From: an uncultured Solirubrobacteraceae bacterium
GTDB lineage: Bacteria > Actinomycetota > Thermoleophilia > Solirubrobacterales > Solirubrobacteraceae
Direction: 5' to 3'
DNA length: 64,000 nt
NCBI GenBank assembly: GCA_963835525.1
Contig: CAWIFM010000007.1
Coordinates: forward strand, 58,984-122,983
Positions 56,875 to 64,000 of this stretch are shown here, piece after piece. Made by a program: the position numbers and the translations under genes. Below the pieces are notes generated by a model. The model was not told the DNA's origin. It searched no databases and saw only the letters and a list, made by a program, of their open reading frames with translations. How positions within the stretch are numbered: the stretch's first letter is position 1; every line of letters begins with the position of its first letter.

Positions 56875-57597
56875 TCAGATCGCCTCGCCGGGCCGCTGGA
56901 AGACGATCTCGGGGACCAGGCAGGCGGGGGAGAGCTCGAGCAGGAAGCGCACCGAGGCGGCGATGTCGGCGGTCTTGATCATGTCCTCCTGCTTGACGTG
57001 CTCGCGGACGAACTCGGTCATCGGCGTGTCCACGAAGCCCGGGCACAGGGCCACCGACTTGATGCCGTCGCCGTTGAGCTCCTTGTTCATGGCCTGCGTC
57101 CAGCCGACCACGGCGGCCTTGGTGGCGGAGTAGACCGACAGCCAGGCCTGGCCCGACTTGCCTGATATCGAGGAGAGGTTCACGACCAGCGCGTTGCGGT
57201 GCTCGGCGCCGGCGGCGCGCAGCAGGTCGGCGCACTCGCGGTAGAAGAGGACGATCGCGCGCAGGTTGAGATCGAGCTGCATGTCGACCCGCTTGGTCTG
57301 GATGTCGGCGACCGCCGCCCCGATGCCCACGCCGGCGCTGTTGACCAGCACGTCGAGCCGCCCGAAGCGCTCGCGATGCGCTGCGACCACGCGCTGGACG
57401 TCCTCCTCGGACGTCAGGTTGGCGGCGACCTCCTCGACCTCGTAGCCCTTGGCGCGCAGCTGCTCCACGGCGCCCGCGAGCTTCTCGGGACGGCGGGCGG
57501 CGACGGTGAGGGAGTGGCCCGTCTCGCCCAGTACCTCGGCGATCGCGAGCCCGATCCCGCTCGAGGCTCCGGTGACGAGGGCAGCCCGGTCTGGCAT
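56875..57597 (-). CDS. SDR family oxidoreductase
   Basis: ALVTGASSGIGLAIA (TGxxxGxG), NSAG, and the active site YSATKAAV. Confidence 0.9.
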   Translation of the reverse strand: MPDRAALVTGASSGIGLAIAEVLGETGHSLTVAARRPEKLAGAVEQLRAKGYEVEEVAANLTSEEDVQRVVAAHRERFGRLDVLVNSAGVGIGAAVADIQTKRVDMQLDLNLRAIVLFYRECADLLRAAGAEHRNALVVNLSSISGKSGQAWLSVYSATKAAVVGWTQAMNKELNGDGIKSVALCPGFVDTPMTEFVREHVKQEDMIKTADIAASVRFLLELSPACLVPEIVFQRPGEAI

Positions 57598-57641
57598 CGA
57601 TCTGACGTCCTTTCGGTGGGGGACCCGCTATCCAATCAGGG

Positions 57642-58778
57642 ATGCGTACGCCCTTCGCCGTCATGGCGGTGCTGCTCGTCGCGCTCCTGGCCATCGGATT
57701 CCTCACCGAGGACGACGACGGCGAGCCGGCCGCCGCGCCCGCCGCCGCGCCGGTCGACGTCATCGCCAAGCGGGTCGAGACGCTGCGCCGGCTGCGCTTC
57801 GACGAGCTGCCGGAGCCGGTCGAGGTGACCGCCGAGCAGGCGCGCAGCGAAGGGCTGGAGAGCCTCGACCGCGACTATCCGGCGGAGCGCCTGCGCGACG
57901 ACGAGACGGTGTACGAGCTGCTCGGGCTGATCGAGCCCGGCGCCGACCTGCGCGAGCTGACCGGCAACCTGTTCGGCGAGGGGGTGGCCGGCTACTACGA
58001 CCCGCGCGACGGACGGCTGCGCGTCGTGGAGGGCTCGGGCACCGGCACGCGCGTGCTGGAGGAGATGATCCTCGCCCACGAGCTCACCCACGCGCTGGAG
58101 GATCAGCGCTTCGGGCTGGAGTCCGAGCCGGCCACCGACGACCGCACGCTCGCGCGCTCGGCGCTCTACGAGGGGAGCGCCACCGCGCTCATGTACGCCT
58201 ACGTGGGCGAGCACTTCAGCGCCGAGGAGACGCTCGGCGGCCTGCTCTCCTCGGCCTTCGAGGACACCGGCGACCTGCCGCCCTTCATCCAGGCCCAGGT
58301 GCTGTTCGCCTACGTCGGCGGCGAGGCGTTCGTGCGCGAGCTGCTCCAGCGCGGCGGCTGGGGGCTGGTCGATACCGCCTTCGAGGTGCGCAAGCCCTCG
58401 TCGACCGAGCAGATCCTGCACCCCGACGCCTACCTCGAGGCCGACGAGCCCAAGCCGGTCCGGATCCGCGCCGCGCTCCCGGGCTGGAAGCGCGCGCACG
58501 CCGGCACCTGGGGCGAGCTGCAGACGCGCGAGCTGCTGGGCGGATCGAGCCGCGAGGCGGCCGGGTGGGGCGGCGATCGCTACGAGCTGTGGCGGCGCGG
58601 CGACGACGCCGCCCTGATCATGCGCTGGCGCTGGGACACGCCGCGCGACGAGGCCGAGTTCGAGTCCCGGCTGCGGGACGTGGTGGGCGACCGCGGCGTC
58701 GTGGTGCGCCGCGACGGCACGGTGACGCTGGCGGTCGCCCCCGACCGCGACCTGGCCGAGCGGCTGGCGGGCTCTTGA
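57642..58778 (+). CDS. membrane-anchored HExxH protein (putative zinc metalloprotease-like)
   Basis: N-terminal TM FAVMAVLLVALLAIGFL. AHELTHALEDQ motif and a downstream EGSATALM. No precise family recognised. Confidence 0.55.
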   Translation: MRTPFAVMAVLLVALLAIGFLTEDDDGEPAAAPAAAPVDVIAKRVETLRRLRFDELPEPVEVTAEQARSEGLESLDRDYPAERLRDDETVYELLGLIEPGADLRELTGNLFGEGVAGYYDPRDGRLRVVEGSGTGTRVLEEMILAHELTHALEDQRFGLESEPATDDRTLARSALYEGSATALMYAYVGEHFSAEETLGGLLSSAFEDTGDLPPFIQAQVLFAYVGGEAFVRELLQRGGWGLVDTAFEVRKPSSTEQILHPDAYLEADEPKPVRIRAALPGWKRAHAGTWGELQTRELLGGSSREAAGWGGDRYELWRRGDDAALIMRWRWDTPRDEAEFESRLRDVVGDRGVVVRRDGTVTLAVAPDRDLAERLAGS

Positions 58779-59956
58779 GGGGCCTGGACCGCCGCTCGCT
58801 CGGCATGCTGGGCGCCGGGCACCTCAGCGTCGACCTGTGCCAGGGCGCCGTGCCCGCCCTGCTCCCGTTCCTGGCCGCCGAGCGCGGCTACTCCTACGCC
58901 GCGCTCGGAGCGCTGGTGCTCTTCTCGACGATCGGCTCCTCGATCGTCCAGCCGCTGTTCGGGCTGCTGTCGGACCGCTTCGCCCGCCCGTGGCTGATGC
59001 CGGTCGGCCTGGCGCTGGCCGGGACCGGGATCGCGCTCGCCGGGCCGGCGCCGAGCTACGCGCTGACCGCCGTCGCGGTGGTGGTCAGCGGACTCGGGGT
59101 GGCGGCCTTCCATCCCGAGGGCGCGAAGTTCGCCGGGCTGGCCTCGCGCGGGCGCGAGGGGCGCGGGATGAGCCTGTTCTCGGTCGGCGGCAACGCCGGG
59201 TTCGCGCTCGGCCCGCTGCTCACGACGCCGCTCGTGCTGATCTTCGGGCTGTCCGGCACGCTGGCGCTGGCCGTGATCCCGCTGTGCGCCGCCGTGCTGA
59301 TCTCGCGCGAGCTCGGCCGGCTGCGCGAGCTCGAGGGCGGCTCGGACGCCGACGCGCTCGGTGGCGAGGACGACTGGAGCGCCTTCAGCCGGCTCGGCGG
59401 AGTGATCGCCCTGCGCTCGGGTGTCTACTTCGGCCTGCAGGCGTTCATCCCGGCCTACTTCGTCGCCGAGCTGAGCACCAGCGAGGCGGCCGGCAACGGC
59501 GCCCTCACGCTCATGCTGGCCATGGGTGCCGTGGGGACGCTGGTCGGAGGCGGGCTCGTCGACCGCTGGGGGGCGCGGACCGTCCTCGTCGGGACCCAGA
59601 TCCTGCTGCTGCCACTGCTCTTCGTCCTGCCGCTGACCGGCGCCGCGGCCGCCACCGCGCTGCTCGGGCTCATCGGCTTCGTGACGATCGCCAGCTTCTC
59701 GATCACGATCGTGCTCGGCCAGGCCTACCTGCCCAATCGGACCGGGCTCGCCTCCGGCATCACGCTCGGCCTGGCGATCGGTCTCGGCGGCCTGGCGGCC
59801 ACCGCGCTCGGAGTGGTGGCCGACGCCGAGGGCCTGCCCGCCGTCCTGTGGGTGATCGCCATCCTGCCCGTGCCGTCGCTCCTGCTCGGCCTCAGCCTTC
59901 CGACCGAGCGCCGTAGAGGTCTGGTCGCGGAGCCTGCGGGTAACAAGGGAGCTTGA
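58775..59956 (+). CDS. MFS transporter
   Basis: About 12 TM segments and the MFS loop motif GLLSDRFARP. The start is TTG 58775 (TTGA overlap with the upstream gene) or ATG 58805. It is the C-terminal part of track ORF 57449..59956. Confidence 0.85.
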   Translation: MRGLDRRSLGMLGAGHLSVDLCQGAVPALLPFLAAERGYSYAALGALVLFSTIGSSIVQPLFGLLSDRFARPWLMPVGLALAGTGIALAGPAPSYALTAVAVVVSGLGVAAFHPEGAKFAGLASRGREGRGMSLFSVGGNAGFALGPLLTTPLVLIFGLSGTLALAVIPLCAAVLISRELGRLRELEGGSDADALGGEDDWSAFSRLGGVIALRSGVYFGLQAFIPAYFVAELSTSEAAGNGALTLMLAMGAVGTLVGGGLVDRWGARTVLVGTQILLLPLLFVLPLTGAAAATALLGLIGFVTIASFSITIVLGQAYLPNRTGLASGITLGLAIGLGGLAATALGVVADAEGLPAVLWVIAILPVPSLLLGLSLPTERRRGLVAEPAGNKGA

Positions 59957-60246
59957 TGATCGACCAGCGCCGGACGCCCCGGATCGAGATCGAGATGCCG
60001 TGCACGCTGCATCGCCGCAGCGGGTCGCCGATCGAGGGCCGCACGGTCGACCTCGGGCCGGGCGGGATGCGCGTGTGCACCAAGCGCCCGCTGGCGGCCG
60101 ACGAGACCCTGCGCTTCGAGCTGCAGGGCATCGACGGCCGCGCACGGGTGCTGCGCCAGCAGAGCCGCGACACCTACGCGGTCCGCTTCGAGATGCTCGC
60201 CGAGCAGGCGCTCGCGGAGCTGCGGCGGCTCACCGTGCCTGCTTGA
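59956..60246 (+). CDS. single-domain PilZ protein (putative c-di-GMP receptor)
   Basis: QRRTPRIEI (RxxxR) followed by DLGPGGM (a DxSxxG-like motif), the two halves of the PilZ c-di-GMP binding signature. ATG 59956 overlaps the MFS stop (TGATG). Confidence 0.7.
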   Translation: MIDQRRTPRIEIEMPCTLHRRSGSPIEGRTVDLGPGGMRVCTKRPLAADETLRFELQGIDGRARVLRQQSRDTYAVRFEMLAEQALAELRRLTVPA

Positions 60247-60640
60247 GGCCAAGGTACTGGAGCGCGGCGAGGCCGGCCACCAGCACCGCCTGCACGGCGA
60301 TCAGGACCTGGCCCACGGGTGTGGGTGTGAACCAGTCGAGGGCGAGCGCGATCAGGCTGTCGACCGCCCACAGGACGTTGGCGGCGATCACCGCCACGAC
60401 CGCGACGCGCGGCATCGCGGGCCGGGTGGCGAGTCGCAGCACGAGCGCGGCGTAGGCGATCAGGAACGCGCCGACGGCCATCAGCATCTCGGTCGGCAGG
60501 CCGAGCCAGCCGTCGAGCAGCGGGGCACCGGCTAGGTAGAGGACGCCGTTGGCGCCCGTGGCGACGCCGTCGAGCGTGAGCGCGAACCGCAGCAGGCCGC
60601 CGGTCGCGTGGCGTGGAGTGGCGATTGCGTGAGATTCCAT
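60230..60640 (-). CDS. hypothetical membrane protein
   Basis: ATG at 60640 (MESHAIATP...). Four hydrophobic segments. Convergent with the PilZ gene, with a 17-nt overlap. Confidence 0.5.
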   Translation of the reverse strand: MESHAIATPRHATGGLLRFALTLDGVATGANGVLYLAGAPLLDGWLGLPTEMLMAVGAFLIAYAALVLRLATRPAMPRVAVVAVIAANVLWAVDSLIALALDWFTPTPVGQVLIAVQAVLVAGLAALQYLGLKQAR

Positions 60641-60672
60641 GGCCGGTACCGTGGCACCGGCGGGGAAGCGTC

Positions 60673-61453
60673 TCAATTACCCAGCAGGTAAGCGGCCGTG
60701 CTCTCGTCCGCCGGGAAGAACGCTTCGATGGACAGCTCGGCGAGCGTGATGTCGACCGCCGTGCCGAAGGTGGCGATCGTGCTGAAGAACGCGAGCTCCC
60801 GCCCGCCGGCGTCGTAGCGCAGCGGCACCGCGATCTCGCCGCCGGGGCCGTGCACCTCCGCGGTCTCGCCCGGGTACGCGCTGACCTCGTCGAGGAGCGC
60901 CGCGAGCCGGTCGTCGGCGGTGAGCGCCACCTGCCGGGCCAGCCGGTCGACGCAGGTGCGCGCGCCACTCGCCGTAGTTGAGGATCCGCGACGCCATCCC
61001 GTCCGGGTGCAGGCTCACGCGCAGCACGTTGACCGGCGGCGCCATCAGGTGCTCCGGCACGGTCTCGGTGAACAGCGCGATGCTGCGATTGGCGGCCGCC
61101 AGGTTCCACCAGCGGTCGACGACCACGGCGGGATACGGCTCGTGGCCGGCGAGCACGCGCTCGAGCGCCTCGCGCACCGGCGCCATCTCCGGCGCGTCGA
61201 TCGCCCGCTCCTCGAACGCGGGCGCGAAGCCCGCGGCGAGCAGCAGGTGGTTGCGGTCGCGCAGCGGCACCTCGAGCTGCTCGGACAGGTGCAGCACCAT
61301 CTCCCGGCTCGGCTTCGACCGGCCGGTCTCCAGGAAGCTCAGATGCCGGGCCGACACGCCGGCCTCGAGCGCGAGGTCGAGCTGGCTCAGCCGGCGCCGC
61401 CGGCGCCAGTCGCGCAGCAGCGTGCCGAGCGGGACGGTGGCTGCCGTGCTCAT
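60673..61453 (-). pseudogene. frameshifted XRE-family HTH regulator with MmyB-like C-terminal domain
   Basis: N-terminus LRDWRRRRRLSQLDLALEAGVSARHLSFLETGRSKPS...NYGEWRAHL lies in the frame of ORF 60677..61453. The conserved continuation VDRLARQVALTADDRLAALLDEVSAYPG... lies in the frame of ORF 60673..60930. The switch is at ~60940-60950, and the span of 781 nt is not a multiple of 3. Confidence 0.65.
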
Positions 61454-61541
61454 GCGGGCCCACGCTAGCGAGTGCGCGGCCGCTCGGCACCTACCTCACG
61501 GGTAATCGACAAGCCGCACGGCGGTTGGTTCGCTGAGAGGC

Positions 61542-61901
61542 ATGACCGACATCACCACCATCGTCGATGGCTACATCGCCGCCTGGAACGAGACCGACGC
61601 CGACCGTCGCCGCGCCCTCGTCGCCGACGCGTTCACCGACGACGCCAGCTACGTCGACCCGCTCATGACGGGCGACGGCACCGACGGGATCGCCGCCATG
61701 ATCGGCGGCGCCCAGCAGCAGTTCCCGGGCCACCGCTTCGAGCTCTCCGCGGGACCCGACGCCCACCACGACCGCGTGCGCTTCGCGTGGACGCTCGTCG
61801 GCGCCGAGAACGGCACGGCGGTCGCCGCCGGCGTCGACTTCGCGACCCTGGCCGGCGACGGCCGCCTGCGCGCTGTGACCGGCTTCCTCGAGCCGGTCTG
61901 A
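61542..61901 (+). CDS. NTF2-like (SnoaL-like) domain protein
   Basis: IVDGYIAAWNETDADRRRALVADAFTDDASYVDP...F.W.L, typical of the SnoaL_2/NTF2 superfamily. Divergent from the MmyB-like regulator, which is a common pairing. Confidence 0.8.
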   Translation: MTDITTIVDGYIAAWNETDADRRRALVADAFTDDASYVDPLMTGDGTDGIAAMIGGAQQQFPGHRFELSAGPDAHHDRVRFAWTLVGAENGTAVAAGVDFATLAGDGRLRAVTGFLEPV

Positions 61902-61973
61902 GAAGCTTGACCAAAGCGCCCCGGAGGACTAGCTTCGGGGCGCGGAGGTTCCGGCGACCGGACGGGGGTTGTC

Positions 61974-64000
61974 ATGGCGGGCATGCGGGGAATCGCGACC
62001 ATCGCGATGGTCGGGGCGCTGTGCGCCGCACCGGCGGCGTCGGCGGCGGGGCTCGACGACAAGGCGGCCGCGCAGATCGCGGCGCTGCAGCGGCTCAAGG
62101 GCTCGCTGTCGAAGGCCGAGCGCAAGCTCGACAGCCGGCTGGCCGTCGCGCTCGAGCGGCGCGCGGGGCATGCGATCGCCCCGCAGGCGAGCACGGGCGT
62201 GCGCGTATCGAAGTCGGGCTCGACGATGGTCGATGTGCGTGCGCCGGTCACCGGCGACCTGCTCGACCGCCTGAAGGCGATCGGCGCGATCGTCGAGCAC
62301 GCCTCGCGACGCGTGGACTCGGTGCGAGCCGCGATCCCGCTCTCCGCGCTGCGTGAGGTCGCGCGCTTCAAGGACGTCGTGTCGGTCGACGTCGCGGCGG
62401 AGGCGATCACCCACCAGCGCGTCGTCTCCGAGGGCGACGAGGCGCACGCAGCGGACCTCGCGCGCACGCGCCGGCGGGTGGCCGGCACGGGCGTGAAGCT
62501 GTGCGCGCTGTCCGACGGCGTGGACTCGCTCGCCGCCTCGCAGGCTGCCGGCGAGCTGCCCGCCGTCGACGTGCTGCCCGGCGAGGCCGGCGACGGCGAC
62601 GAGGGCACCGCGATGCTGGAGATCCTGCACGACGTCGCGCCCAAGGCCGAGCTCGGCTTCGCCACCGCCTTCACCAGCGACGCGTCGTTCGCCGACAACA
62701 TCCGCGCGCTGCGCTTCGAGGCCGGCTGCGACGTGATCGTCGACGACGTCCTCTACTTCAACGAGCACCCGTTCCAGGACGGGCCGATCGCCCGCGCGGT
62801 CAACGCCGTCACCGCCGACGGCGCGCTCTTCTTCAGCTCGGCCGGCAACGAGGGCAACACGCTCGACGGCACGGCGGCCAACTACGAGGGCGACTTCGCC
62901 GACTCCGGCCGCGGCGTCGGGAAGTTCGCGGGCGCGGCGCACGACTTCGACCCCGGCGCCGGCGTCCAGGTGTTCGAGCCGGTCTCGCCGCAGTCGAGCG
63001 CCAACGTGCCCGTGACGCTGTTCTGGGCCGACCCGCTGGGTGGGGCGGCGAACGACTACGACCTCTACCTGTTCGACGCGAGCTCGAACGTCGTGTCCTT
63101 CTCGCAGGACGTGCAGGACGGGAACGACGACCCGTACGAGATCCTCGGCACGCCGCCGTTCGGCGCCTCTGGCCTGCGGCTCGCGGTCGTCAAGTTCCGC
63201 GGCGCCGACCGGTACTTCCAGCTCAGCGCGCTCGGCAGCCGCTTCAAGGACTCGCCGGACGGGCTGATCGCGCGCAACACGCCCGGCGTGCTGCGCGGTC
63301 ACGCGGCGGCGGCTGACGCGTTCGCCACCGCCGCCGCGCCCGCCGCGGCTCCGCTGCCGTTCGACCTCGAGCCGAACGACCCGCCGAACCCGGCCGGCCC
63401 GTTCCCGGCGGCGTTCACGGCGTCCCAGCTGCCCGAGCGGTTCACCTCGGACGGTCCGCGGCGCGTGTTCTTCCATCCCGACGGCACGCCGATCACGCCG
63501 GGCGACTTCAGCTCGACAGGCGGCGCGGTTCGCATGAAGCCGGACATCACGGCCGCCGACGGGGTCAACACGTCGGTCGACGACTTCGCGCCGTTCTTCG
63601 GCACCTCGGCCGCGGCGCCGCACGCGGCGGCGATCGCCGGGCTCGTCCTCTCCGGCAACCCGGGCCTCACGACGGCCGACGTGCGCCAGGCGTTCGCGGC
63701 CACGGCGCTCGATCTGACGCCGGCCGGCGTCGACGCGCGCACCGGCGCCGGGATCGTGCGCGCCGATCGCGTGCTCGCCTACACCGGGGCTACGCCGCAG
63801 CCGCTGGTGCGGGCGGGCGCTCCCGCCGTGACACCGCTCGACGGCGACGGCGACGAGTTCCTCGAGCCCGGCGAGACGGCGAACCTCGCCCTGCCGGTCA
63901 CCAACGTGGGCGACGGCACGGCCACCGGCATCAACGTGACGGTCGACACCGGTGACGCACTGGTCACGATCACCCCGCGCGCGCGGTCGTACGGGAACCT
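61974..64000 (+). CDS. secreted S8 family peptidase, partial (runs off the window end)
   Basis: ATG at 61974 with signal peptide MAGMRGIATIAMVGALCAAPAASAA. The frame stays open to base 64000. It contains SAGNEGN and the Ser motif FGTSAAAPHAAAIAGL, plus a C-terminal domain beginning LDGDGDEFLEPGETANLALPVTNVGDG (CARDB-like). Absent from the ORF track because it has no stop in-window. Confidence 0.8.
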   Translation, partial: MAGMRGIATIAMVGALCAAPAASAAGLDDKAAAQIAALQRLKGSLSKAERKLDSRLAVALERRAGHAIAPQASTGVRVSKSGSTMVDVRAPVTGDLLDRLKAIGAIVEHASRRVDSVRAAIPLSALREVARFKDVVSVDVAAEAITHQRVVSEGDEAHAADLARTRRRVAGTGVKLCALSDGVDSLAASQAAGELPAVDVLPGEAGDGDEGTAMLEILHDVAPKAELGFATAFTSDASFADNIRALRFEAGCDVIVDDVLYFNEHPFQDGPIARAVNAVTADGALFFSSAGNEGNTLDGTAANYEGDFADSGRGVGKFAGAAHDFDPGAGVQVFEPVSPQSSANVPVTLFWADPLGGAANDYDLYLFDASSNVVSFSQDVQDGNDDPYEILGTPPFGASGLRLAVVKFRGADRYFQLSALGSRFKDSPDGLIARNTPGVLRGHAAAADAFATAAAPAAAPLPFDLEPNDPPNPAGPFPAAFTASQLPERFTSDGPRRVFFHPDGTPITPGDFSSTGGAVRMKPDITAADGVNTSVDDFAPFFGTSAAAPHAAAIAGLVLSGNPGLTTADVRQAFAATALDLTPAGVDARTGAGIVRADRVLAYTGATPQPLVRAGAPAVTPLDGDGDEFLEPGETANLALPVTNVGDGTATGINVTVDTGDALVTITPRARSYGN

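Overview
High-GC, gene-dense chromosomal window, mostly housekeeping genes. About 80 CDS are callable, many translationally coupled by 1-4 nt stop/start overlaps (ATGA/GTGA/TTGA). Gene order matches two conserved actinobacterial blocks as I recall them from Mycobacterium tuberculosis: aroC-aroK/B-aroQ-pepQ-efp-nusB, and tlyA-nadK-recN...pyrG-nudix-xerD. I therefore read the source as a high-GC Actinobacteria-like organism, possibly Thermoleophilia/Solirubrobacterales-like (low confidence). Main contents, in order: (1) secreted hydrolases and metal/F420-related genes at 0-11 kb. (2) A type IV pilus locus at 12.4-17.2 kb (pilA, pilM, pilD, pilN, pilO, PilP-like), whose 248-nt leader looks like a c-di-GMP-I (GEMM-I) riboswitch. 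(3) The shikimate block, with a fused aroK-aroB. (4) A ~5.3 kb accessory insertion between the M24 peptidase gene and efp. (5) xseB-ispA-dxs, tlyA-nadK-recN, pyrG, xerD, deoB, mutM, recO, ppdK, dgt and dnaG. (6) A 237-nt MITE-like inverted-repeat element sitting on the dnaG stop codon, followed by an HNH gene, tRNA-Asn and a small lower-GC islet. (7) c-di-GMP signalling genes: a split HD-GYP plus receiver pair, and a PilZ gene coupled to an MFS transporter. Three genes appear frame-disrupted (a methyltransferase, an SRPBCC protein and an MmyB-like regulator). These are either real pseudogenes or assembly indels. No rRNA, CRISPR array or intact IS/transposase gene was seen. Very long antisense ORFs in the track are treated as high-GC artefacts. 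Two real ORFs touching the window edges (1..159 and 61974..64000) are absent from the track.
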